The notes under the pieces are model-generated. The model worked only from the letters and a program-made list of their open reading frames with translations. It was not told where the DNA came from and searched no databases. The translations under genes and the position numbers were made by a program. A stretch of DNA of 64,000 bases, taken from positions 1 through 64,000 of the forward strand of contig CAVUQH010000003.1 in the NCBI GenBank assembly GCA_963743525.1, given 5' to 3'. Below are positions 42,571 to 52,565 of the stretch, piece by piece. Positions within the stretch are counted from its first letter, which is position 1. Each line of letters opens with the position of its first letter. This DNA comes from an uncultured delta proteobacterium (GTDB lineage: Bacteria > Myxococcota_A > Polyangia > Haliangiales > Haliangiaceae).

Positions 42571-44666
42571 TGGCCGATCAAAAGGACACGATCGTAGGGA
42601 TCGATCTCGGGACGACGAACTCCGTCGTTGCATCGTGGGACGCGGGCCCCGGCGATCCGCAGGTGCTGAACGACGCGTCGGGACAAGCGGTGCAGCCGTC
42701 CGTGCTGTCGTTTCACCCCAACGGATCGGTGCTGGTCGGCACGCCGGCCAAGCAGCGCAAGGTCATCGATCCGAAGAACACCGTCTTCTCGGTCAAGCGA
42801 TTGATCGGACGCACGTTCGACTCGCAAGAGGTGCAGGCGGCGATCACCCGCATGCCCTACAAGATCAAGGAAGGGCAGAACCGGCAGCCGGTGATCGTCA
42901 CCCGCGGCGGCGAGCTGGCCGTGCCGGAGATCTCGGCCATCGTCCTCGACCACATGCGCAAGCTGGGCGAGGCGGCGCTGGCCACCGAGGTCACCCGCGC
43001 GGTGATCACCGTGCCGGCCAGCTTCACCGACGCGCAGCGGTCGGCCACCGCCACCGCCGGCGCCATCGCCGGCATCACCGTGGTCCGGGTGCTCAACGAG
43101 CCGACCGCAGCAGCGCTGGCCTACGGACATCAGCGCCGCCTCGACGAGACCATCGCCGTCTACGACTTCGGCGGCGGCACCTTCGACGTCAGCATCCTGC
43201 GGCTCAAGGACACGGTCTTCGAGGTGCTGGCCACCGCCGGCGACTCGTTCCTCGGCGGCGACGACATCGACGAGCGGCTGGTCGATCACATGGTCAGCCT
43301 GTTCCTGCAGCAGCAGCGGGTCGACCTGCGCGACAACGAGATCGCCATGCAGCGGCTGCGCGCGGTAGCCGAGCAGATCAAGATCGAGCTATCGCGACGG
43401 ACGCGGGCGGTGGTCAAGGTCGACGAGATCGCCTACGGCGCCGGCGGCCAGCCGCTGGATCTCGAGCTGCAGATCACCCGCGACGAGTTCCTGTCCAAGA
43501 TCGCCGACATCGTCGAGGCGACCTTCCCGGTCTGCCGAGAGGCGGTGCGCATGGCCGGATTGCAGCCCAATCAGATCGACGAGGTGGTGCTGTCCGGTGG
43601 CACCACCAAGATGCCGTTCGTGCGCGAGAGGGTGACCCAGTTCTTCGGCAAGATGCCGCGGGTCGACGTCAACCCGGACGAGGCGGTGGCGCTCGGCGCG
43701 GCAGTCCAGGCGACCTCGCTCGAGCGGATCCTCGGCAGCGGTCGCCGGCGCCCGGCGACCGAGCGGCCGATCCGCCGCACCGATCAGGGCTACGCGGCAC
43801 CGCCGTCGCCGCCGCCGACTCCGGGCGAGCGGCCGGCCGCGCCGGGCAAATTCTCCGACGCCCTGCCGGGTGCCGCGTCGCCGCCGCCGCGACCTGGCGC
43901 CGGCATCGCGCGAATCACCCGGCCTGGGACGGCACCGCCGGCCCCGCGCCGCACGCTGATGGGGGCCACGCCGCCGCCGGTCCCCGGCGCACCACCGACC
44001 GCGCGCCCGAACCAGCCGACCATGGCGCCCGGCGCCGGCATCGGCTTCGACGACATCCGCACCGACGTCCCGACCACGGTGCGCGACCCGGCCGACCCGA
44101 CGCAGATCGACCTCGACGACATCGCCACCCGGCCGGGGCCGGCGACCGCGGGTCCGAGCCAGGCCACCGCCTTCGACCTGCCGCCGCCTTCGCAGGGTAT
44201 TGGCGCCGACGCGCGCCAGCGGCCGGCCACCGCGCCACCGATCGTGCCGCCGTCGGCGACGGTCATCGACGTCACGCCCCACAGCCTGGGCATCGCCACC
44301 ATCGCCGGCTTCTGCGAGGGGATCATCCAGCGCAACGCCCGCGTGCCGGCGTCAACCCAGAAGGTCTTCTCGACCTCCCGCGACGCCCAGCAGATCGTGC
44401 GCATTCGCGTCTGTCAGGGCGAGTCGCGGCGGCTTGCCGACAACACCGTGCTCGGCGATCTGGTGCTCGAGGGGCTCGAGCCGCGGCCGCGCGGCGAGAC
44501 CAAGATCGAAGTCACGTTTCAGATCGACTCGAGCGGCATCCTCCACGTGCGCGCGCGCGACAGCGCCACCGGTCAGGAGCAGCGGGCCAATCTCGACCTG
44601 GCCGGCGCGCAGTCGCCGGAAGAGATCGAAGCGGCCCGCCAGCGCTTCCGCGACCTGCGCCGCTGA
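42570..44666 (+). CDS. Atypical Hsp70/DnaK-family protein
   Basis: GIDLGTTNS, NEPTAAALAYG, DFGGGTFDVS and NPDEAVALGAA, then a Pro-rich insert, then VIDVTPHSLG (SBD-beta); no lid. Confidence 0.92.
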   Translation: MADQKDTIVGIDLGTTNSVVASWDAGPGDPQVLNDASGQAVQPSVLSFHPNGSVLVGTPAKQRKVIDPKNTVFSVKRLIGRTFDSQEVQAAITRMPYKIKEGQNRQPVIVTRGGELAVPEISAIVLDHMRKLGEAALATEVTRAVITVPASFTDAQRSATATAGAIAGITVVRVLNEPTAAALAYGHQRRLDETIAVYDFGGGTFDVSILRLKDTVFEVLATAGDSFLGGDDIDERLVDHMVSLFLQQQRVDLRDNEIAMQRLRAVAEQIKIELSRRTRAVVKVDEIAYGAGGQPLDLELQITRDEFLSKIADIVEATFPVCREAVRMAGLQPNQIDEVVLSGGTTKMPFVRERVTQFFGKMPRVDVNPDEAVALGAAVQATSLERILGSGRRRPATERPIRRTDQGYAAPPSPPPTPGERPAAPGKFSDALPGAASPPPRPGAGIARITRPGTAPPAPRRTLMGATPPPVPGAPPTARPNQPTMAPGAGIGFDDIRTDVPTTVRDPADPTQIDLDDIATRPGPATAGPSQATAFDLPPPSQGIGADARQRPATAPPIVPPSATVIDVTPHSLGIATIAGFCEGIIQRNARVPASTQKVFSTSRDAQQIVRIRVCQGESRRLADNTVLGDLVLEGLEPRPRGETKIEVTFQIDSSGILHVRARDSATGQEQRANLDLAGAQSPEEIEAARQRFRDLRR

Positions 44667-44839
44667 ACCCCGACGCCGGCTGTGGACAGCAGTCGGGAAC
44701 TGCCCGGATTGGATGCGCAGGAGGCCAACGCCGCGCGACTGCCAGATTTCTGCCCCATGCCCCCGTCGCGGTCAGGCTTCGTGACAGAAACCGCTGGACT
44801 GTGGTCCTGGTCAAGGAGCTAGAATTGTTAGCGCCTGTC

Positions 44840-45226
44840 GTGACCGGCACACAGAAAGAGGTCTCACCGCGTGGCGCGCGGCTGCTGGTCGTGGACGATG
44901 ACCCGGCGGTACTCGAAGCGATGGCCAGCATCTTGCGGATGTTCGGGCACGACGTCACCGCGATGAAGGCCCCCCTCGAGGCGCTCGAGTTGCTGACCAC
45001 CGAAGCGTTCGACGGGGTCATTTGTGACGTGATGATGCCAGAGATTCGCGGGCCGACGATGATCGCCAAGGCGCGGGCGGCGGGCATCGATGTGCGGGTG
45101 GTGTTCGTGACCGGATCAGCGCTCGACGAGATCTGCGACACCGGCGAGGACGAGCTGCTGACCAAGCCGTTCAGCCCACCCACGCTGCAGGCCGCGGTCC
45201 AGCGGATGCTCGAACGCGGCTCCTGA
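44840..45226 (+). CDS. Single-domain response regulator
   Basis: LVVDDD, ICDVMMP, FVTG and LTKPF; start uncertain. Confidence 0.88.
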   Translation: MTGTQKEVSPRGARLLVVDDDPAVLEAMASILRMFGHDVTAMKAPLEALELLTTEAFDGVICDVMMPEIRGPTMIAKARAAGIDVRVVFVTGSALDEICDTGEDELLTKPFSPPTLQAAVQRMLERGS

Positions 45227-45327
45227 TCCGCCCGTTTTTTCGCTAATCTGGCGCCAGGCGACGGTGAATGCCCGTCGGCACGATCCAGTTCTTGGCGGCG
45301 ACCCGCCAGCCGGGCTAGAACCGCGAC

Positions 45328-45930
45328 GTGGCACCGCGCAGCGCCAGCATTCGCCGGCAGACCAGGGAGACCCAGATCGCGATCGATCTGAGCGTCGACG
45401 GCACCGGTCTCGCGCGAGCGCGAACGCCACTGCCGTTCTTCGATCACATGCTCGACGCCCTGGCCCGACACGGCCTGTTCGATCTGACCATCCAGGCGAC
45501 GGGGGACATCGAAGTTGACGGCCATCACACTGTGGAGGACACCGGGCTGGCGCTCGGCGACGCGTTCCGCGAGGCGTTGGGCGACCGCGCCGGCATGGTT
45601 CGCTACGGCCACTTCACCCTGCCCATGGACGAGACGCTGATGACCGTGGCCGTCGATTTCTGCGGGCGGCCGGCGTTCGTGTGGAACGTCGCCGGGCTCG
45701 AGGGCAAGTGGGTGGGCGGCTTCGACTGCGAGCTGGCCAAGGAGTTCTTCGCCGCCTTCGCCAACCGGGCGCAGTGCAACCTGCACGTGGTCCTGCACTA
45801 CGGGGGGAATCCCCATCACGTGATCGAGGCCTGCTTCAAGGCGTTTGCCCGCGCCTGCGACGCGGCCACGCGGATCGACGAGCGGCTCGCCGGCACCGTG
45901 CCGTCGACCAAGGGCACGCTGACGGCCTGA
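45328..45930 (+). CDS. hisB: Imidazoleglycerol-phosphate dehydratase
   Basis: RQTRETQI, FFDHML, DGHHTVED, NPHHVIE and PSTKG. Confidence 0.96.
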   Translation: MAPRSASIRRQTRETQIAIDLSVDGTGLARARTPLPFFDHMLDALARHGLFDLTIQATGDIEVDGHHTVEDTGLALGDAFREALGDRAGMVRYGHFTLPMDETLMTVAVDFCGRPAFVWNVAGLEGKWVGGFDCELAKEFFAAFANRAQCNLHVVLHYGGNPHHVIEACFKAFARACDAATRIDERLAGTVPSTKGTLTA

Positions 45931-45932
45931 TC

Positions 45933-46559
45933 ATGGGCGCCCGTCGAGTCGCGGTCATCGACGCCGGCACCGGCAACTTGCGCTCGGTCGAGCGGGCAAT
46001 CGCCGCCGCCGGTGGCGAGCCGCTGGTCACTCGCGATCCCGACGTAGTGCGCGCGGCGCCCAGGGTGGTGGTGCCGGGGCAGGGCGCCTTCGAAAGCTTC
46101 GTCGCCGGGCTGCGCGCGCGCGACCTCGAGCCGGCCTTGCGCGAGGTGATCGCGGCCGGCCGGCCGTACCTGGGCATCTGCCTGGGGCTGCAAGTGCTGT
46201 TCGACGAGAGCGAGGAGCACGGACCGGTCGCCGGGCTGGGGCTGGTGCCGGGCAAGGTGGTGCGCTTCCGCCCGCGCGACCACCGCAACAAGGTGCCGCA
46301 CATGGGATGGAACCGCGTGCGCCCGCGCGGCGCGGCCGATCCCTTGCTGGCCGGCATCCCCGAGGACGCGTTCTTCTACTTCGTCCACTCGTACTACGTG
46401 GTGCCGGCCGATCCGCAGGTGGTGGCGCTGACCTGCCAGTACGAGGACGAGTTCACCGCCGCGATTCGATCGGGCAACCTGTTCGCCTGCCAGTTCCATC
46501 CCGAGAAGAGCTCGGCGGTGGGGTTGCAGCTGCTGAGAAACTTCGTGGAGAGCGCGTGA
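45933..46559 (+). CDS. hisH: Imidazole glycerol phosphate synthase glutaminase subunit
   Basis: GNLRSV, GICLGLQ, PHMGWN, FVHSY and QFHPEKS. Confidence 0.96.
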   Translation: MGARRVAVIDAGTGNLRSVERAIAAAGGEPLVTRDPDVVRAAPRVVVPGQGAFESFVAGLRARDLEPALREVIAAGRPYLGICLGLQVLFDESEEHGPVAGLGLVPGKVVRFRPRDHRNKVPHMGWNRVRPRGAADPLLAGIPEDAFFYFVHSYYVVPADPQVVALTCQYEDEFTAAIRSGNLFACQFHPEKSSAVGLQLLRNFVESA

Positions 46560-47272
46560 AGGTCATCCCCGCCATCGATCTCCTCGACGGCAAGGTCGTG
46601 CGGCTGCTCGAGGGGCGGCGCGACCAGGTAACCGTCTATCACGAGCGAGCCTGGGAGCTGGTGGCCGAATTGGCCGCCGGCGGCGCCGAGCGGATCCACG
46701 TCGTCGATCTCGACGGCGCCTTCGCCGGCGCGCGGGCGCACACCGGCATCGTCGGCAAGATCATCGACGCGGCGACCGTACCGATCCAGGTCGGCGGCGG
46801 TATCCGCGACCGCGCGGCGCTGGATGCCGTGCTCGGCGCCGGCGCCGGCTTCGCCGTCCTGGGCACCGCCGCGGTCAAGAACCCGGAGTTTGCCGAGGCC
46901 GCCTGCGCGGCCTACCCGGGCCGAATCGTCGTCGCCGTCGACGCCGTCAACGGCGAGGTCGCGGTCGAGGGCTGGGTCGAGCGCGCGGGCATCTCGGCCA
47001 TCGAGCTGGGCCAGCGCGCCGCCGGCTGGGGCGCCGCCGCGCTGCTGTACACCGATGTTTCTCGGGACGGCGCCAAGGTCGGTCCCAACGTCGAAGCCAC
47101 GGCGGCCATTGCGGCGGCCGCCGGTATCCCGGTGATCGCCTCCGGAGGCGTCGGATCGCTCGACGATCTGCGCGCGCTCGCCGCGGCCGGCATCGAGCAG
47201 GTGATCGTCGGCCGCGCGCTGTACGACCGCCGCTTCACCCTGGCAGAAGCGATCGAGGCCGCCGCGTGCTGA
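46556..47272 (+). CDS. hisA: ProFAR isomerase
   Basis: [28 protein letters not shown] and IASGG. Confidence 0.96.
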   Translation: MKVIPAIDLLDGKVVRLLEGRRDQVTVYHERAWELVAELAAGGAERIHVVDLDGAFAGARAHTGIVGKIIDAATVPIQVGGGIRDRAALDAVLGAGAGFAVLGTAAVKNPEFAEAACAAYPGRIVVAVDAVNGEVAVEGWVERAGISAIELGQRAAGWGAAALLYTDVSRDGAKVGPNVEATAAIAAAAGIPVIASGGVGSLDDLRALAAAGIEQVIVGRALYDRRFTLAEAIEAAAC

Positions 47273-48024
47273 CTCGCCGGATCATCCCCTGTCTCGACGT
47301 CGCCGGTGGACGCGTGGTCAAGGGGATCAACTTCGTCGAGCTGCGCGACGCCGGGGACCCGGTCGAGCAGGCGGCTGCCTACGACGAGCAGGGTGCCGAC
47401 GAGGTCTGCTTCCTCGACATCTCCGCCTCACCCGAGGGTAAGTCGACCATGGTCGACATCGTCGCCCGCACCGCGGATTGTGTCTTCGTTCCGCTCACGG
47501 TCGGCGGCGGCGTGCGCACTGTCGACGACGCCGCGCGCCTGCTCGAGGCCGGCGCCGACAAGGTGTCGATCAACACAGCGGCCATCCGCAACCCCGACCT
47601 GGTCACCGACTGCTCGCGCCGCTTCGGCTCGCAGGCGATCGTCATCGCGGTCGACGCCAGGCGCCGGCCCGACGGCAGCTATGAAATCTATAGTCACGGC
47701 GGCCGCACGCCCGAAGGCCACGACGCCATCGTCTGGTGCAAGCGCATGGAGGAGGCCGGGGCCGGCGAGATCTTGCTGACCAGCATGGACCGCGACGGCA
47801 CCGGCAAGGGCTACGAGCTCAACCTCACCCGGCTCATCGCCGACGCCGTCGGCATCCCGGTGATCGCCTCGGGCGGTGTCGGCACGCTGGAGCACCTGGC
47901 CGAAGGGCTGACCACCGGCGGCGCCGACGCGGTCCTGGCTGCGACCATCTTCCACTACGGCGAGCACACCATCGGCGAGGCCAAGGCCTACCTGCAGAGC
48001 CGCGGCGTGCCCGTCCGCGTGTGA
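47266..48024 (+). CDS. hisF: Imidazole glycerol phosphate synthase cyclase subunit
   Basis: [20 protein letters not shown] and LLTSMDRDG. Confidence 0.97.
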   Translation: MLTRRIIPCLDVAGGRVVKGINFVELRDAGDPVEQAAAYDEQGADEVCFLDISASPEGKSTMVDIVARTADCVFVPLTVGGGVRTVDDAARLLEAGADKVSINTAAIRNPDLVTDCSRRFGSQAIVIAVDARRRPDGSYEIYSHGGRTPEGHDAIVWCKRMEEAGAGEILLTSMDRDGTGKGYELNLTRLIADAVGIPVIASGGVGTLEHLAEGLTTGGADAVLAATIFHYGEHTIGEAKAYLQSRGVPVRV

Positions 48025-48102
48025 AAGTGATTTCGTCGAAGCGGCTGGAATTGCACGGGAAGTTTCTTAGAAACTTAAGAGCGTCCCCGCTATAGTCCGC
48101 GC

Positions 48103-48750
48103 ATGAAGTGGGATGAGCGAGGGCTGATGCCGGCGGTGGCGCAGGACGTGCGGGACGGTTCGGTGCTGATGGTCGCGTGGATGAACGCGGAGGCGCTGGA
48201 CAAGACCCGCGAGACCGGGCTGGCGCACTTCTGGTCGCGGTCGCGAGGGCGGTTGTGGCAGAAGGGCGAGACCTCGGGGAACACGCTGGCGGTCGAGGAG
48301 ATCCGCATCGACTGCGACGAGGACACGATCCTGCTCAGGGTCCGGGCGGCGGGACCGGCGTGTCATACGGGCAAGAGAACCTGCTTCTACCGGACAGTCA
48401 ACGGGGTGGAAGACGAGGGCGCGCGGGGATGTGACGCCGGGGTGCTGGACATGCTGGAAGCGGTGTTGCAGTCGCGGCGAGCTTCGGACGCGGGCAAGAG
48501 CTACACGAAGTCGCTGCTGGATGCGGGGGCGGGGAAGATCCTGGCCAAGATCGCCGAAGAGCACGGCGAGCTGGCCGCGGAGCTGCCGGACGGTGCGCGC
48601 GACAAGGTGGTGCACGAGACCGCGGATCTGCTCTTTCACGTGATGGTCGGGCTGGTCTGGCGCGACATCCCGGTGGCCGACGTGTGGCACGAGCTGGAGC
48701 GGCGTTTCGGCACCAGCGGGCACGTGGAGAAGGCGTCGCGGACTAAATGA
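48103..48750 (+). CDS. hisIE: Bifunctional PR-AMP cyclohydrolase / PR-ATP pyrophosphatase
   Basis: [27 protein letters not shown], then SYT..L and ETADLLFH. Confidence 0.95.
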   Translation: MKWDERGLMPAVAQDVRDGSVLMVAWMNAEALDKTRETGLAHFWSRSRGRLWQKGETSGNTLAVEEIRIDCDEDTILLRVRAAGPACHTGKRTCFYRTVNGVEDEGARGCDAGVLDMLEAVLQSRRASDAGKSYTKSLLDAGAGKILAKIAEEHGELAAELPDGARDKVVHETADLLFHVMVGLVWRDIPVADVWHELERRFGTSGHVEKASRTK

Positions 48751-50696
48751 GTGAGCTGCTAGCTCCGGGCGGGGCGCTGGCTGAAGCGCTGCCGGACTAC
48801 GAGGACCGGCCGGAGCAGCGGGCCATGGCCGAAGCCGTGGCCCGGGCGTTGTCGACGGGGCGCAGCTTGCTGGTCGAGGCGGGCACCGGGACGGGCAAGA
48901 CGTTCGCCTATCTGGTGCCGGCGCTGGCCAGCGGCATGCGCGTGGTGGTGTCGACCGGGACGCGCACGCTGCAGGAGCAGATCGCCAGGCACGACCTGCC
49001 GCGGCTCGAGCGCATGCTGGGGCGGCGACTCGAAGCGGTCACGTTGAAAGGCGTCGGCAACTATCTGTGCCGGCGGCGATTCCACGAGCTGCTCGCCGAG
49101 CCCGACGGCGCGGTCGACGGCGACGACGACCTGAGCAAGATCATCGAGTGGGCGCGGTCGACGACGTCGGGCGATCGCGCCGAGCTGACGACGGTGACCG
49201 ACAGTGCGCCGGTTTGGCAGAAGGTAACGACCTCGCCCGAAGCGCGGCTGGGCGCGCGCTGCCCGCATGCCGAGCGCTGCTTCGTGTCGGCGGCACGCAA
49301 GGCCGCAGAGCGGGCGGATCTGATCCTGGTCAATCACCACCTGTTCTTCGCCGACCTGGCCCTGCGTGCTGCGCACCCGGGCGCCAGGGTGCTGCCCGAG
49401 CACGACGCGGTGATCTTCGACGAGGCACACCAGCTGGAAGACGTCATCACCGAGCACATGGGCATCCACGTGTTGACCGGCCGGTTGGCGGCGTGGCTGC
49501 GCGACGTCGAGGCGGCGCTGGCGCCAGGCGGGCCTCTTCTGGTGTCGCGGTCGTCGCGCGGCTTCATCGATGGCGCCGCGCGGCGCGCCGACGCGCTGAT
49601 GAAACAGCTGGGCGCGCGCATTGCCGAGCGCGCGCCCGACGGCGATCGCGTCGAGCTGCCGCCGGACGCCTTCGCCGGCGACGTCGAAGAGGCGTGGTTG
49701 GCGCTGGATACGGCGCTCGACGAGGCGGGCGCGCACCTGGAGGCAACCGCCGGAGAGACCAACCCGGACAACGGCGAGCCGCTGCGCGCGTTGGCCCGGC
49801 GGGCCGATCGCATCCGCGACGACCTGGCGACGCTCGCCGAAGGGTCCGAGGGGGATTTGCTGACCTGGGGAGAATCCCGCAGCGGAGCGGTCACCGTGCG
49901 CGCATCGCCGATCGCCGTCAACCGCATCTTGCGCGAGCACGTGGCGGGAGACAAACCGGTGGTGATGACGTCGGCCACGCTGCGCACCGCGGGCCGCTTC
50001 GACTACGCGCGCGAGCGGCTCGGTCTCGACGAAGATCTCGCCGACGAGCTGGCGCTGGCGTCGCCGTTCGACTACGCGACCCAGGCGCTGCTGTACATCG
50101 CCCGCGATCTGCCCGAGCCGCGCGAGCCCGACTTTGCCGCCGCGGCCGCCGCGCGCATCGCCCAGCTGCTGGCGATCACCCGGGGCCGCGCCTTCGTCCT
50201 GTTCACCACCCACCGCGTCCTCGCCGACGTCAGCGCGCGACTGGCGCGGCTGGTCGACTACCCGCTGATGATCCAGGGCAAGCGGTCGCGCGCCGGGCTG
50301 CTCGACGACTTCCGCCGCACCGACGGCGCAGTGCTGTGTGCGACCGGTGGCTTCTGGGAAGGCGTCAACATCCCCGGCGACGCGCTGTCGCAGGTCATCA
50401 TCGACAAGCTGCCGTTTGCCCCGCCGACCGATCCGCTGGTCGGCGCGCGGATGAAGCGGATCGAAGATCGCGGCGGTGATCCATTCGCCCGCTATCAGCT
50501 GCCGCAGGCTGCGCTGGCGCTGCAGCAGGGCTTCGGCCGGCTCATCCGCCGCCGCGGCGACCGCGGCCTCCTGGCCATGCTCGACAACCGGATCGTCACC
50601 CGCCGCTACGGCCAGGTGTTCGTCGGCAGCCTGCCGCCGACCCTGCAGCGCACCTCGTCGATCGAGCGCGCGCGACGCTGGTGGAGCGCTCCGTGA
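48747..50696 (+). CDS. DinG/YoaA-family ATP-dependent helicase
   Basis: EAGTGTGKT, Fe-S-type Cys, DEAH, SATL and QQGFGRLIR. Confidence 0.93.
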   Translation: MSELLAPGGALAEALPDYEDRPEQRAMAEAVARALSTGRSLLVEAGTGTGKTFAYLVPALASGMRVVVSTGTRTLQEQIARHDLPRLERMLGRRLEAVTLKGVGNYLCRRRFHELLAEPDGAVDGDDDLSKIIEWARSTTSGDRAELTTVTDSAPVWQKVTTSPEARLGARCPHAERCFVSAARKAAERADLILVNHHLFFADLALRAAHPGARVLPEHDAVIFDEAHQLEDVITEHMGIHVLTGRLAAWLRDVEAALAPGGPLLVSRSSRGFIDGAARRADALMKQLGARIAERAPDGDRVELPPDAFAGDVEEAWLALDTALDEAGAHLEATAGETNPDNGEPLRALARRADRIRDDLATLAEGSEGDLLTWGESRSGAVTVRASPIAVNRILREHVAGDKPVVMTSATLRTAGRFDYARERLGLDEDLADELALASPFDYATQALLYIARDLPEPREPDFAAAAAARIAQLLAITRGRAFVLFTTHRVLADVSARLARLVDYPLMIQGKRSRAGLLDDFRRTDGAVLCATGGFWEGVNIPGDALSQVIIDKLPFAPPTDPLVGARMKRIEDRGGDPFARYQLPQAALALQQGFGRLIRRRGDRGLLAMLDNRIVTRRYGQVFVGSLPPTLQRTSSIERARRWWSAP

Positions 50697-51292
50697 CCGA
50701 CCTCTACCTGGCCGCCGCGGTCGTCGTCGGCGCTTACTTCCTCGGCTCGATTCCGGTCGGACTGCTGGTCGCCCGCGCCCGCGGCATCGACATCCGCGCA
50801 GTCGGCAGCGGCAACATCGGCGCGACCAACGTCGCCCGCGGACTGGGCAAGAAGATCGGCGCCGGCGTGCTGGTGCTCGACGCGCTCAAGGGCGCGCTGC
50901 CGATGCTGGCGGTGCGCTGGCTCGGCCTGGCGCACACCGTCAACCCGCTGGTCGTCACTGCCACCGGCTTTGCCGCGGTGGCCGGCCACTGCTTTCCCAT
51001 CTGGCTCGGCTTCGACGGCGGCAAGGGCGTCGCCACGTCGCTCGGCGTCTACCTGGCCCTCGACCCGCTGGTCACCGCCGCGTGCGCCGGCGTGTTCGCC
51101 ATCGTCTACACCGCCACCCGCATCGTGTCGATCGGCTCGATGAGCGCCGCGCTGGCGTTCCCCGCCCTGCTGCTACTGTTCGGCCGCTCCAACGCCGCCG
51201 TCACCCTGGGCATCGCCGTCGCCCTGGTCGTCCTCTACCGGCACAAGGGCAACATCTCCCGCCTGCTCCACCACCGCGAGAACCGCGTCTAG
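50693..51292 (+). CDS. plsY: Glycerol-3-phosphate acyltransferase
   Basis: GSGNIGATN, DALKG, GHCFP, GGKGVAT and HKGNI. Confidence 0.95.
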   Translation: MTDLYLAAAVVVGAYFLGSIPVGLLVARARGIDIRAVGSGNIGATNVARGLGKKIGAGVLVLDALKGALPMLAVRWLGLAHTVNPLVVTATGFAAVAGHCFPIWLGFDGGKGVATSLGVYLALDPLVTAACAGVFAIVYTATRIVSIGSMSAALAFPALLLLFGRSNAAVTLGIAVALVVLYRHKGNISRLLHHRENRV

Positions 51293-51769
51293 CCGACCGG
51301 CGCCGGGAATCGTCAGATCACCGCCGGCCAGCTCGCGCAGCGGCACCAGCACGAACGCCCGCTCGCACATGGCCGGATGGGGCAGGATCAGCGGCGGCGG
51401 GCCGGCGCTGGTCAGCTGGGCGTCGCCAACCAGCAACAGGTCGAGGTCGATGGCGCGCGGGCCCTTGGCCACCGCGCCGTCGCGCACCCGCCCGAGCTGT
51501 TGCTCCAGCTGCAATAGTCGGTCGAGGAACCTGACCGGGTCGATCTCGGCGGCCAGCTCGACCTCGAGCACGGCGTTGACGAACCACGGCTGGTCGGCGA
51601 CCGGTCCGACCGGTGCGCTGCGGTAGACCGGCGAACGGCGCACCGCCCGAACCTCCGGCCAGGCGGCGATCGCACGCCGCGCCGCGGCAAAACGGTCCAC
51701 GATCTCGGCGACGGTGCCGAGGTTGCCGCCGACGCCGATGTAGGCGCGCGCCGCGGACGACGGTGTCAC
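51173..51769 (-). CDS. folK: 2-amino-4-hydroxy-6-hydroxymethyldihydropteridine diphosphokinase
   Basis: GVGGNLG, FVNAV, GPRAIDLDLL and LPHP...RAFVLVPL. Confidence 0.93.
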   Translation of the reverse strand: MTPSSAARAYIGVGGNLGTVAEIVDRFAAARRAIAAWPEVRAVRRSPVYRSAPVGPVADQPWFVNAVLEVELAAEIDPVRFLDRLLQLEQQLGRVRDGAVAKGPRAIDLDLLLVGDAQLTSAGPPPLILPHPAMCERAFVLVPLRELAGGDLTIPGAGRLDAVLAVVEQAGDVALVPVEDDQGDGDAQGDGGVGAAEQ

Positions 51770-52428
51770 TCCTCGTCCGTCACCGGGTTGGCCAGCACGC
51801 CCACCCCTTCGATCTCGATGTCGACGCGGTCGCCGGGGGTGATAGGTCCGACCCCTTGCGGGGTGCCGGTGGTGATGACGTCGCCGACCTCGAGGGTCAT
51901 GGCCCGGGTGATGACCTCGATGAGGACCGGCACCGCGAAGATCATGTCCGAGGTCCGCGAGTCCTGTGCGACCTCACCGTTGAGCCGGGTGGTGATGCGC
52001 AGATCCGCCGGATCCAGCCCGCTGACGATGCGTGGCCCGATGGGACAGAAACTGTCGAAGCCCTTGGCCCGGGCCCACTGGCCGTCGCGGGCCTGCAGAT
52101 CGCGGCACGACACGTCGTTGACGCAGGTCAATCCCATGACGTAGTCGAGCGCGTCGGCGGCCTTTACCCGGCGGGCCCGACGGCCGATCACGACCCCCAG
52201 CTCGCCCTCGAAGTCGACCCGCTGGTAGCCGCGCGGGCGGACGATCGCTTCGCCCGCGGCGATCACCGCCGACGGCGGCTTGAGGAAGATCACCGGCTCA
52301 TCGGGCACCTTCTTGCCCATCTCGGCGGCGTGCGCGCGGTAGTTCTGGCCGATGCCGATGACCTTGCTCGGCTGCAGATCGAAAAGCTGTCCCTCGGTTT
52401 CGCCGGCTGCACAGACGTGGATCTTCAC
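51766..52428 (-). CDS. Fumarylacetoacetate hydrolase family protein
   Basis: IGQNY..H..E, FLKP, DFEGELG, NDVSCRD, AKGFD and TGTPQGVG. Confidence 0.92.
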   Translation of the reverse strand: MKIHVCAAGETEGQLFDLQPSKVIGIGQNYRAHAAEMGKKVPDEPVIFLKPPSAVIAAGEAIVRPRGYQRVDFEGELGVVIGRRARRVKAADALDYVMGLTCVNDVSCRDLQARDGQWARAKGFDSFCPIGPRIVSGLDPADLRITTRLNGEVAQDSRTSDMIFAVPVLIEVITRAMTLEVGDVITTGTPQGVGPITPGDRVDIEIEGVGVLANPVTDEE

Positions 52429-52565
52429 GCGCCGGTTATAGCGCACCGCGCCGTCCGGGTGACTGACGTGTGCAGGTTGCACACGTCATGCGACATAGTC
52501 ACGGTTGGTGCAAGATCGGCACCTTCATTGAAACCCGTCCGCTGGCCCCTTAAACTGATGAGGGA

